A stretch of 64,000 nt of DNA from Bacteroidia bacterium (GTDB lineage Bacteria > Bacteroidota > Bacteroidia > 2-12-FULL-35-15): contig DASWNK010000104.1 in NCBI GenBank assembly GCA_036399275.1, forward strand, positions 565 to 64,564, given 5' to 3'. The translations under genes and the position numbers were made by a program. Below, one piece after another: positions 46,572 to 54,779 of the stretch; within the stretch, counting starts at the first letter, position 1; the number at the start of each line of letters is the position of its first letter. The notes beneath the pieces are model-generated. The model was not told the DNA's origin. It made no database searches and worked only from the letters and a program-made list of their open reading frames with translations.

Positions 46572-47711
46572 TTATGCAAGCAATGCTCTTGAGATAACAA
46601 TTTTTTGAACCTCTGTAGTTCCTTCATAGATCTGAGTAATTTTTGCATCACGCATTAAACGCTCTACATGATATTCTTTTACAAATCCGTATCCTCCGTG
46701 TATCTGAACAGCTTCCACGGTAGTGCTCATCGCCACTTTGGATGCAAATACTTTTGCCATCGCGCTTGCTTTTCCATAATCTGCGTGTTGGTCTTTCAAC
46801 CAGGCCGCTTTGATACAAAGTAAACGTGCTGCTTCAATTTCCGTAGCCATATCCGCTAATTTGAATTGAATGATCTGATGCTGATTGATCGTTTTGCCAA
46901 ATGCCTTACGCTCCTTTGAATAAGCCAATGCCAATTCATAAGCGCCGGAAGCAATTCCCAATGCCTGAGATGCAATACCGATTCTTCCGCCGGTTAATGT
47001 TTGCATCGCGAATTTAAATCCGAATCCATCCTCACCTATCCTGTTTTCTTTCGGCACTTTTACATCTGTAAACATTAATGAATGGGTATCCGAACCGCGG
47101 ATTCCCAACTTATTTTCTTTTGGTCCCACCACAAATCCAGGCATTCCTTTTTCAATTATCAACGCATTGATTCCTTTATGGCCTTTTTCTGCATTGGTTT
47201 GCGCAATCACTAAATATACCGAAGCAGTGTTTCCGTTAGTGATCCAGTTTTTCGTTCCGTTCAATAAATAGTGATCTCCTTTATCTATTGCCGTTGTTTT
47301 TTGTGAGGTTGCATCAGAACCTGCTTCCGGTTCTGATAAACAAAATGCCCCTATTATTTCACCGGTCGCCAAACGCGAAAGGTACTTTTGTTTTTGTTCT
47401 TCTGTTCCGAAGGTTTCCAGGCCCCAGCATACCAGTGAATTGTTTACCGACATAACTACGGAACAAGACGCATCCACCTTAGAGATTTCCTCCATAGCCA
47501 ATACGTAGGAAACACAATCCATTCCGCCACCGCCGTATTTTGGGTCGACCATCATTCCTAAAAAGCCCAGTTCTCCCATTTGTTTTATTTCTTCAGTAGG
47601 GAATTTCTGGTGCTCATCACGTTCAATTACTCCAGGCTTTAGCACATCGTTTGCAAAATCGCGTGCAGCCTTTTGAATCATCAGGTGTTCTTCGGTAAGG
47701 TTAAATAACAT
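46572..47711 (-). CDS. Acyl-CoA dehydrogenase (short/butyryl-CoA type)
   Basis: 379 aa. CLSEPEAGSD, GGRIGIASQALG, YEGTTEVQKIVISRALL. Confidence 0.9.
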   Translation of the reverse strand: MLFNLTEEHLMIQKAARDFANDVLKPGVIERDEHQKFPTEEIKQMGELGFLGMMVDPKYGGGGMDCVSYVLAMEEISKVDASCSVVMSVNNSLVCWGLETFGTEEQKQKYLSRLATGEIIGAFCLSEPEAGSDATSQKTTAIDKGDHYLLNGTKNWITNGNTASVYLVIAQTNAEKGHKGINALIIEKGMPGFVVGPKENKLGIRGSDTHSLMFTDVKVPKENRIGEDGFGFKFAMQTLTGGRIGIASQALGIASGAYELALAYSKERKAFGKTINQHQIIQFKLADMATEIEAARLLCIKAAWLKDQHADYGKASAMAKVFASKVAMSTTVEAVQIHGGYGFVKEYHVERLMRDAKITQIYEGTTEVQKIVISRALLA

Positions 47712-47825
47712 TCGGATAAATTTTATATTAAAAATTGCTTTATTTTTGAGACCAGCCGGGATAAATCATCCAATTCAGGCGGGAAAGCAAATGTAAATTT
47801 AAAATTCAAATTTTACTAATTGTTT

Positions 47826-48905
47826 ATGATAAATGTAGGAAAGGTTGAGTATAAGGTCCTTGGGTTGATGTCCGGGACTTCCCTGGATGGATTGGACATC
47901 GCTTTTTGCCGTTTTACCGTTGATAATTGTGTTTGGAGCTATGAGATCATTTCTTCCCAGACTGTCGCCTATTCTGAACACTGGAAAAAGCTGCTGTTGA
48001 GCCTTGAAAAAAGTGACGCAATTGCTTTCCAGCAAGCTCATATTGATTACGGTTATTACCTGGGTGCGCAGGTTGCTGATTTCATCATTAAATACGATGC
48101 CCGCCCCGATTTTATATCTTCTCATGGTCATACGATCTTTCATCAGCCGGAAAAGAAACTGAGCATTCAGGTGGGATCAGGGAACGCCATTGCGGCAAGG
48201 TGTAAATTGCCGGTTGTGTTTGATTTCAGGTCTTTGGATGTGGCGCTCGGCGGACAAGGTGCTCCCCTGGTTCCGATCGGAGATCAATTGCTGTTCGGCT
48301 CCTACGATTTTTGCCTGAATCTGGGTGGCTTTGCCAATGTTTCCTATCAACACAACAATAAAAGAATAGCTTACGATATTTGTCCTGTGAACATTGTTAT
48401 GAACGCCATTGCCGAAAAATTGGGGAACCCTTATGATGATGGCGGCGAAATGGCAAAAGAAGGCATGCTGAGCGGTTACCTTTTAAATGAGCTGAATCAG
48501 TTAGGTTTTTATAAAATGCTTTTTGATAGTCCAAAATCATTGGGGAAAGAATGGGTATTAAAAAATATTAATCCCATCCTGGAGCAATACGAGCTTTCGG
48601 ATAATGATATTCTTCGCACTTTTTGTGAGCACGTTGCCTTCCAAATCGGGAAAGCATTAAAGAATAAACCTCGGGGAAAACTATTGATTACCGGCGGAGG
48701 CGTATATAACACCTTTCTGATGGAATGTATAAGGAAGCATACAGACCATGAAATTATAGTTCCGGACAAAAATACGATAGAATATAAAGAAGCGCTGATC
48801 TTTGCTCTTTTGGGAGTGTTGAGGTTGAGAAATGAAATCAATTGCCTTAAAAGCGTTACCGGAGCAGACCAGGATTGCTGTAGCGGAACGGTGGTTCATA
48901 TATAA
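47826..48905 (+). CDS. anmK: Anhydro-N-acetylmuramic acid kinase
   Basis: GLMSGTSLDGLDIA near the N-terminus, FDFRSLDVALGGQGAPLVP, and LITGGGVYNTFLM. I chose the ATG at 47826 over the TTG at 47820. Confidence 0.85.
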   Translation: MINVGKVEYKVLGLMSGTSLDGLDIAFCRFTVDNCVWSYEIISSQTVAYSEHWKKLLLSLEKSDAIAFQQAHIDYGYYLGAQVADFIIKYDARPDFISSHGHTIFHQPEKKLSIQVGSGNAIAARCKLPVVFDFRSLDVALGGQGAPLVPIGDQLLFGSYDFCLNLGGFANVSYQHNNKRIAYDICPVNIVMNAIAEKLGNPYDDGGEMAKEGMLSGYLLNELNQLGFYKMLFDSPKSLGKEWVLKNINPILEQYELSDNDILRTFCEHVAFQIGKALKNKPRGKLLITGGGVYNTFLMECIRKHTDHEIIVPDKNTIEYKEALIFALLGVLRLRNEINCLKSVTGADQDCCSGTVVHI

Positions 48906-48909
48906 AAAA

Positions 48910-48941
48910 GCCCCGTACAATTGATGCACAGGGCTTTTTTT
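48910..48941. terminator. Probable bidirectional terminator
   Basis: AAAAAAGCCCCGTAC...GCACAGGGCTTTTTTT: an imperfect GC-rich stem (48910-48918 pairs with 48926-48934) flanked by A and T runs, between convergent genes. Confidence 0.45.
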
Positions 48942-48955
48942 AATAGTTGTAGTTC

Positions 48956-49198
48956 TTAGAAGTTGTCATCATAAAACGCATCATCCTCCTCTTCATCATC
49001 GAAATTGCCGTCCAATTTCACATCATCGTCTTCCACAGTGAAATCTTCTTCCTCTTCATCTAAGTTGCTTTTCCAGTTCTTTTTGTTCTTCTCCTTTAGG
49101 GGAGTCAACTTTGTCGGCTTTCTTAATTCCCCGGAATCCTTAGCTTTGTCTGTGCTCTTTTTTAAAGGATTATTTTTTGGACTACTTGGCTTTTTCAT
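48956..49198 (-). CDS. Hypothetical small charge-bipolar, probably disordered protein
   Basis: 80 aa. The N-terminal half is Lys/Pro-rich (KKPSSPKNNPLKKSTDKAK...) and the C-terminal half is Asp/Glu-rich (DEEEEDFTVEDDDVKLDGNFDDEEEDDAFYDDNF). A terminator lies downstream and an AT-rich region upstream. Confidence 0.4.
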   Translation of the reverse strand: MKKPSSPKNNPLKKSTDKAKDSGELRKPTKLTPLKEKNKKNWKSNLDEEEEDFTVEDDDVKLDGNFDDEEEDDAFYDDNF

Positions 49199-49377
49199 TT
49201 CGAATGAAATTTGTTTTGCAAATTGAATGGTTTGTTTTTTTACTAATAAAGTATGTATTACAAATCTCTGAAAATTTTTTTTTAAACAAAAAAAAATCCC
49301 TTAAAATTTTACATAATTTTTATTTATTAAATTTATGATTAAAAACTGAGATTTTACATATAAAATACCAAATAACA

Positions 49378-50478
49378 ATGTCGGTACATGATTTTTTAAA
49401 TCGGATATTTCTTGGAAACACGGTAGAGTCATATTGCTGGTTCGTCGGAATTATTCTCATAGGCCTTGTATTTAAACGTGTTTTATCTAAACTGCTGACA
49501 TTATTCGTCTTCCGCTTTTTTAAAAAGTATGCGACGGGAGTGAGTTACGACAAGCTTTTGGTTCTGTTGAAAAAACCTTTAGGTATATTTATTATGCTCA
49601 TTTCGGTTTACTTGGCATTCGATCGTTTATCCTTTCCATCAGAATGGGATTTTGTGGCTATCCAGCATTTTGGCGTTCGAATGATCTTGTATCGTTCCTT
49701 TCAAATAGCCATTATTATCACAATTACCTGGGTGTGCCTCCGCGTAATTGATTTTTTTGGACTCATTCTGATGTATCGCGCTTCCTTAACAGAATCAAAG
49801 ACCGATGATCAGCTGGTTCCATTTATTAAGGAATCCATTAAAGTGATCTTTACAATTCTGGCGGTCTTTTTTATTATGAGTGCGGTTTTCAAATTGAACA
49901 TCGCGTCCCTGATAGCAGGTTTGGGTATTGGAGGTTTAGCGATAGCGCTAGCAGCAAAAGAATCGTTGGAAAATTTATTGGGCTCCTTTACGATCTTTTT
50001 AGATAAGCCATTTATTATAGGAGATACTATTAAAGTTGGAGCGATTGAAGGAACAGTGGAAAAGATAGGTTTCAGAAGTACCCGCATTCGCACAGCGGAG
50101 AAGAGCTATCTCACAGTACCTAATAAAAAGCTGGTAGATACCGAATTGGATAATCTTTCTTTGCGGATTCAAAGAAGAGCCAGATTTGATATTGGTTTAA
50201 CTTATGAAACAAAGCCTGAACAGTTAAAAAAGATCATTGCAGAAATGCAGGACCATATTCAAAAGCACCCACATGTTCTTGCAAATGAAACGAGGATCCG
50301 CCTTTTTGAATTTGATAAGAGTGCATTGAATGTTATGGTGCTTTACTTTGTAGATACATTGGAATACGATGTTTATCTGGATGTTCGCCAGGAAATAAAT
50401 TATGCTATCCTGCATATCGTTCAGGAGAATGGGGCTGAGTTCGCTTATCCGACTACCAGCATCCATATGAAAAAATAA
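49378..50478 (+). CDS. Mechanosensitive ion channel (MscS family)
   Basis: 366 aa with N-terminal TM helices and the MscS core LIAGLGIGGLAIALAAKESLENLLGS...PFIIGDTIKVGAIEGTVEKIGFRSTRIRT. Confidence 0.8.
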   Translation: MSVHDFLNRIFLGNTVESYCWFVGIILIGLVFKRVLSKLLTLFVFRFFKKYATGVSYDKLLVLLKKPLGIFIMLISVYLAFDRLSFPSEWDFVAIQHFGVRMILYRSFQIAIIITITWVCLRVIDFFGLILMYRASLTESKTDDQLVPFIKESIKVIFTILAVFFIMSAVFKLNIASLIAGLGIGGLAIALAAKESLENLLGSFTIFLDKPFIIGDTIKVGAIEGTVEKIGFRSTRIRTAEKSYLTVPNKKLVDTELDNLSLRIQRRARFDIGLTYETKPEQLKKIIAEMQDHIQKHPHVLANETRIRLFEFDKSALNVMVLYFVDTLEYDVYLDVRQEINYAILHIVQENGAEFAYPTTSIHMKK

Positions 50479-50697
50479 GTTCAGACTATCATGCAATAAA
50501 GCAAATACCTGTTCGTTATTCTCCCAAACGCACACGAATCACATCCCCTTTTTACTATAAAGGCTTTTAAGTACATCCTGTAAAGGATTGATCCCCTGCT
50601 TAAATGGTTAATGATCCTAATCAAGTCGATTATGGAATTTTAAACACCATAGCATCTTACGATCAATCAATATAGTTTAACTTAAAACTTAAAGGCC

Positions 50698-51465
50698 ATG
50701 AACACAAACCGTAACTCCAACGAAAACTTCAATGAGATCGTTTTCGAAAATAAAAACAAAGCTTACGGCGCATATGCGATCCGTAAATCATACAGTGATA
50801 ATGTGACCATTTCACTCATGCTTTCTTCAGCGTTCTTTGGGATTCTTGCGTTATTGGCTGTTGTCTTAACCAAGAAGGATATTGAAATTCCTATCATGAG
50901 CTGTGGGAACTCCTTGGATTTTAAAATAACCGAGATGTTTACCCCGCCCGTTGACAAACCAATTGTGGAGCCGCTAAAGAAAGACCCGTCTACTCCAGCA
51001 ACAACTTCAGGACATTTGGCGGCTTCTGATAATCCGGAAGATAAACTGGATAAAACAAATACGGAACAGATCATTAGCAAAAATCCTAATCCTTTTGCAG
51101 ATAGCGGCAGTGTTGCAGATCCTGATATCATTGTCGTTAGAAAGATCGCTCCTGCTCCTGCGGTAATTGTAACCATTGCCGATAAAATGCCGAAGCTGGA
51201 TAATATGGCTCAGTTTATTGCAGATAACCTGAAATATCCAAGGGTGGCCATAGAAAACGGCACAACAGGAGTTGTTTATGTAACGTTTGTGGTGGAAAAA
51301 GATGGGAGTGTTACCGATGTGAAATTATTAAAAGGAATTGGAGATGGTTGTGAGCAGGAAGCAATGCGCGTTGTACGCAATTTTCCAAAATGGGAACCGG
51401 GAGTTACAAAAGGTGAAAACCAGCGTGTTCAATGCAATTTACCTGTGCACTTCCGCATTAAATAA
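50698..51465 (+). CDS. tonB: Energy transducer TonB
   Basis: 255 aa. Bacteroidota-type N-terminus FENKNKAYGAYAIRKSY, a TM helix, a Pro-containing spacer, and a C-terminal TonB domain (YPRVAIENGTTGVVYVTFVVEKDGSVTDVKLLKGIG...). Confidence 0.8.
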   Translation: MNTNRNSNENFNEIVFENKNKAYGAYAIRKSYSDNVTISLMLSSAFFGILALLAVVLTKKDIEIPIMSCGNSLDFKITEMFTPPVDKPIVEPLKKDPSTPATTSGHLAASDNPEDKLDKTNTEQIISKNPNPFADSGSVADPDIIVVRKIAPAPAVIVTIADKMPKLDNMAQFIADNLKYPRVAIENGTTGVVYVTFVVEKDGSVTDVKLLKGIGDGCEQEAMRVVRNFPKWEPGVTKGENQRVQCNLPVHFRIK

Positions 51466-51527
51466 ACAATCCTGTGTTTATAAGTTAGGTCCAGGCTAAA
51501 AAAAGCCTTGTACATATAAAGTAATTT

Positions 51528-51563
51528 AGCAATCGTGAGCGAACAGCTCATGATTGCTTTTTT
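51528..51563 (+). terminator. Rho-independent terminator after tonB
   Basis: 13-bp stem AGCAATCGTGAGC/GCTCATGATTGCT (51528-51540 pairs with 51546-51558, one G-U pair), a 5-nt loop, and a T-run at 51559-51563. Confidence 0.7.
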
Positions 51564-51588
51564 ATAAAATAAATCTAAATCAATACCT

Positions 51589-52341
51589 ATGTTAAATTCA
51601 GTTTTATTGCAAATTGTTAGTGGTGCAGCCGGTGTGGCTAATCAAGTGCTTGACACAGCAGCAAATGTAGCTGCACAAGCAACGCAATCTCCTCTACCAA
51701 CAACAGTGGTTCCAAAACAGGATGCGCTTTCAGTTCTCGACCTGATTGTGAAAGGTGGCTATATCATGATACCAATGGGGATCCTTTCCCTGCTTACGAT
51801 CTATTTCTTTTTTGAACGATTCATGACGATCAGCAAAGCTTCCAGGCTGGATAAGAATTTCATGAACAGTATTAAGGACTTTATCCATAACGGCAATTTA
51901 GATGCTGCAAAATCCTTATGCCGTAATACGGTTAGTCCGGCTGCACGCATGATAGAAAAAGGAGTGGGTCGTATCGGCAAACCAATCAAAGAAATCGAAG
52001 AAGCGATGGAAAGCGTTGGGAAATTAGAACTCAACAGATTGGAAAAAAACCTAAGCATCCTAAGTCTGATAGGTCGTATTGCGCCTATCTTAGGATTTGT
52101 TGGGACAATCGCGGGAGTTATTAAAATCTTCTATGACATTTCTTTGACAGACAATATTAGTATCGGAATTATTTCCGGAGGCTTGTATCAGAAAATGATC
52201 ACGAGTGCTTCGGGTCTGGTTATAGGGTTGCTGGCTTTCATCGGGTATTATGTTTTAAATACGATGCTCGATAAAACAGTTAATAAAATGGAAACTGCAT
52301 CTGTAGAATTCATAGACTTATTACAGGAGCCAACCAAATAA
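51589..52341 (+). CDS. exbB: MotA/TolQ/ExbB proton-channel protein
   Basis: 250 aa with three TM helices. LSILSLIGRIAPILGFVGTIAGVI and GLYQKMITSASGLVIG are typical of ExbB. Confidence 0.85.
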   Translation: MLNSVLLQIVSGAAGVANQVLDTAANVAAQATQSPLPTTVVPKQDALSVLDLIVKGGYIMIPMGILSLLTIYFFFERFMTISKASRLDKNFMNSIKDFIHNGNLDAAKSLCRNTVSPAARMIEKGVGRIGKPIKEIEEAMESVGKLELNRLEKNLSILSLIGRIAPILGFVGTIAGVIKIFYDISLTDNISIGIISGGLYQKMITSASGLVIGLLAFIGYYVLNTMLDKTVNKMETASVEFIDLLQEPTK

Positions 52342-52369
52342 AGAGGCATCCGCTTTAAAAAATTAGAAA

Positions 52370-52783
52370 ATGAAAATAAAACGCAGGCATAAAGAGGCAG
52401 CCGAAGTAAGCACAGAATCACTCAATGATATCATGTTCTTTCTTTTGCTTTTCTTTTTAATTATTTCCACGCTGGCTAATCCAAGTGTATTGAAACTTAC
52501 CTTGCCGAGCTCAAAGCCGGCAGAGCAAGTACAGCGTCAGCAAATAACGATTGAAGTGGATGGCAATCATCAATATATAATCAATAAGACTCCTATTTCC
52601 TTTGGCGAGCTGGAAGATGCGCTAAAATTCCAAATGTCCAAGATTCCTGCAACGGAATTAAAGCCTACGGTAGTCTTGAAGCTGGACAATACCTTATCTA
52701 TTCAGGATTTGGCGGATGTTATGCAGATCGGTTATTCATTAGGAGTAAAAATGGTATTGGCAACCAAGCCTACAAATAAATAA
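52370..52783 (+). CDS. exbD: Biopolymer transporter ExbD (copy 1)
   Basis: 137 aa. SLNDIMFFLLLFFLIISTL TM anchor, followed by an ExbD/TolR periplasmic domain. Confidence 0.85.
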   Translation: MKIKRRHKEAAEVSTESLNDIMFFLLLFFLIISTLANPSVLKLTLPSSKPAEQVQRQQITIEVDGNHQYIINKTPISFGELEDALKFQMSKIPATELKPTVVLKLDNTLSIQDLADVMQIGYSLGVKMVLATKPTNK

Positions 52784-52784
52784 G

Positions 52785-53594
52785 ATGGATTCAGCTTCAG
52801 AAAATAAGAATAAATATTTCGCATTAGCTTTTACACTGGGCTTTCATGCTGTTTTATTTTTGCTGTTTATTTTTATTGTTTTTATTACGCCCATTCCTCC
52901 CTTTGAAATAAAACCTATTCCTGAAATTGAAATTGGCTTAGGCATGGAAGGGCTTGGTAATACGGCCAGCGGTGGCTCAGGACAAAATGATCCTGAACTG
53001 GAAACCAGCCGTGATGACATTGCGGCTACCAATGCAACCCCTGAATCGAATAATGTTGTAACGGATGATGCGGAGAAGGAGGTAAGTGTAAAAACAAACC
53101 CTAATGTCAAAGAGGAGAGCAAAGAAGATGTGATGACTCCAGAAGAGAAAAGAGAAAGGGCAGATCTGGAAAAAGCGTTGGCAAAGATCAAAGCGATGAA
53201 GGATAAAAAAGGAAATGGCAATGGCGGTGGAAATACAGGTGGTACCGGTAATGGAACCAATGCAGGTGTTGGCGATGGTCCGGGAACAGGTATTGGAAAT
53301 GGAACTCCGGGTGGTCCAGGCGGAACTGGCTGGGATTTGAAAGGACGAAATTTAATAAGAAGCCCGGAACGAATGACCGATGCGGAAGATGAAGGAATTG
53401 TAATCGTTGAGATTATCGTTGATGAAAAAGGGAATGTTGTTCGCGCGAAGGCGGGTTTGCCCGGAACAACTACCATGAGTTCAAAATTGCGCAGCAAAGC
53501 CACACAAGCTGCTTATCAGGCAAAATTTAGTCCCAGTCCTGAAGGCATAACAGAACAGCGTGGAACCTACAAGTTCGTATTTACTTTAGAATAA
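52785..53594 (+). CDS. TonB-family energy transducer-like protein (copy A, Gly/Asn-rich spacer)
   Basis: 269 aa. An N-terminal TM helix (FHAVLFLLFIFIVFI), a charged region, then a Gly-rich spacer (GNGNGGGNTGGTGNGTNAGVGDGPGTGIGNGTPGGPGGTG). The C-terminal domain reads EGIVIVEIIVDEKGNVVRAKAG...KFSPSPEG...GTYKFVFTLE. Confidence 0.65.
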   Translation: MDSASENKNKYFALAFTLGFHAVLFLLFIFIVFITPIPPFEIKPIPEIEIGLGMEGLGNTASGGSGQNDPELETSRDDIAATNATPESNNVVTDDAEKEVSVKTNPNVKEESKEDVMTPEEKRERADLEKALAKIKAMKDKKGNGNGGGNTGGTGNGTNAGVGDGPGTGIGNGTPGGPGGTGWDLKGRNLIRSPERMTDAEDEGIVIVEIIVDEKGNVVRAKAGLPGTTTMSSKLRSKATQAAYQAKFSPSPEGITEQRGTYKFVFTLE

Positions 53595-53617
53595 TACTTC
53601 TCATAAAATTTCCGGAA

Positions 53618-54016
53618 ATGAAATTGAAGCTCAGGCATAAGGAAGGTGCTGAAGTAAGTACTGAATCGTTGAACGATATTATGTTCTTCCTGCTGTTGTT
53701 TTTTCTGATTGTAGCCACCTTGGCTAATCCTAGCGTATTAAAGCTTTCGGTGCCCGGGGCTGGAAAAAAGGACGCAAAGCCTGTTCAGGTTATTGCAGAA
53801 GTTGATGCTGATCATCAATACAAGGTCAACAAGCTTCCGATCGCGTTCACAGATTTGGAAGATGCTTTAAAAGTTGAATTGGAAAGAACAAAAGCATCCA
53901 GTATACTTTTAGTGTTTGATAACACGTTATCCATTCAAGATTTAGCTGATGTTATGCAAATCGGGTACGGTTTGGGGACAAAAATGGTCCTCGAGACAAA
54001 AGCTTCTAAAAAATAA
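53618..54016 (+). CDS. exbD: Biopolymer transporter ExbD (copy 2)
   Basis: 132 aa. Close to copy 1 at both ends: EVSTESLNDIMFFLLLFFLI..TLANPSVLKL and DNTLSIQDLADVMQIGY.LG.KMVL.TK. Confidence 0.85.
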   Translation: MKLKLRHKEGAEVSTESLNDIMFFLLLFFLIVATLANPSVLKLSVPGAGKKDAKPVQVIAEVDADHQYKVNKLPIAFTDLEDALKVELERTKASSILLVFDNTLSIQDLADVMQIGYGLGTKMVLETKASKK

Positions 54017-54020
54017 AACC

Positions 54021-54734
54021 ATGAGCAATTTAACGGAAATGAAAAGCAAACAGACTGCTGTTGTTTTTACATTGGTAACGCATTTTGCGCTGCTTCTTGT
54101 TTTTGTTTCCATCGTTTTTGTGAAACCGGAAATGCCCGAAATGATTGTTAATAGAGTTGTAGGAGATGACTTTGCCAGTTTGAGTGTGATTGGTTTTCAA
54201 TTTGTTCCTGAAAATTCGGAAGCTCGTAGAAATGATTTGCCACTATCAAAAGCTGAGCAATTGGTTTCGGATCCTGCTGAAATAAATACAAGGCTTAGTG
54301 ATGAAGTAAGCTCAGAAAAGGTTCCTCACGATAAAAATGAAATGGAGTTTCAAAGTGCCCTAGCAAGAATACCAAAGGCTGCAAGTAATGGCAAAGAAGG
54401 CTTACAGTCTGGTGTTTCTACAAAGGATGGAATAGCCGATAATAGATCAGGATTAACTGAAATAGGAACAGTTCAACTGCAGGGGCGAATTTTAATGACG
54501 AAGGTGGAAACAATCAGGAGCTCTATGGAAGAAGGAAAGGTTATTGTGGAGATTGTTGTGGATGAAACTGGTAAGGTCGTGAGGGCAAACGCAGGAAAGC
54601 GAGGGTCAACAATATTAAACACGGATCTTTATACTCAGGCAGAGACCGCTTCTTTGCGGATGAAGTTCAATGCGAGTCCTGAAGGAACCAAAGAACAGTT
54701 GGGGACCTGCACCTTCCTTTTCACTTTAGAATAA
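54021..54734 (+). CDS. TonB-family energy transducer-like protein (copy B)
   Basis: I chose the ATG at 54021 because the longer ORF from 53949 overlaps exbD. It has a TM helix (FALLLVFVSIVFV). The C-terminal domain EGKVIVEIVVDETGKVVRANAG...KFNASPEG...GTCTFLFTLE is paralogous to copy A. Confidence 0.6.
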   Translation: MSNLTEMKSKQTAVVFTLVTHFALLLVFVSIVFVKPEMPEMIVNRVVGDDFASLSVIGFQFVPENSEARRNDLPLSKAEQLVSDPAEINTRLSDEVSSEKVPHDKNEMEFQSALARIPKAASNGKEGLQSGVSTKDGIADNRSGLTEIGTVQLQGRILMTKVETIRSSMEEGKVIVEIVVDETGKVVRANAGKRGSTILNTDLYTQAETASLRMKFNASPEGTKEQLGTCTFLFTLE

Positions 54735-54779
54735 AATTCTTTTACATTTGTATTCCATTCAATCAGGGATGCAAGGCTT

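Noticed and set aside
49275-49296. T9-AAAC-A9 tract that could fold as an A-T hairpin in the 179-bp divergent region
   Set aside because: A pure A-T stem is very weak. It is more simply read as AT-rich promoter or curved DNA between the divergent small-protein and MscS genes.
50607-50625. Fur-box-like sequence GGTTAATGATCCTAATCAAG upstream of tonB
   Set aside because: It matches only about 12 of 19 positions of the enterobacterial Fur consensus by eye. Bacteroidota Fur sites are poorly defined, and AT-rich near-palindromes are expected by chance in this intergenic region.
52844-53503. 219-aa minus-strand ORF with a striking Pro-rich stretch (PVPPGPPGVPFPIPVPGPSPTP...) that resembles a TonB spacer
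   Set aside because: It is the mirror image of the Gly-rich spacer (GGN codons read as NCC on the other strand) of the plus-strand TonB-like gene. That gene has a TM anchor, a TonB C-terminal domain and operon context. The antisense ORF has no TM anchor and no TonB C-terminal domain.
52370-54734. The exbD-tonB tandem duplication as a recent duplication or mobile cassette
   Set aside because: The two copies differ at many synonymous codon positions even where the proteins are identical (e.g. agc/agt, aca/act, tca/tcg, aat/aac in the first 20 codons). No flanking repeats or mobility genes were seen, so the duplication is ancient and chromosomal.
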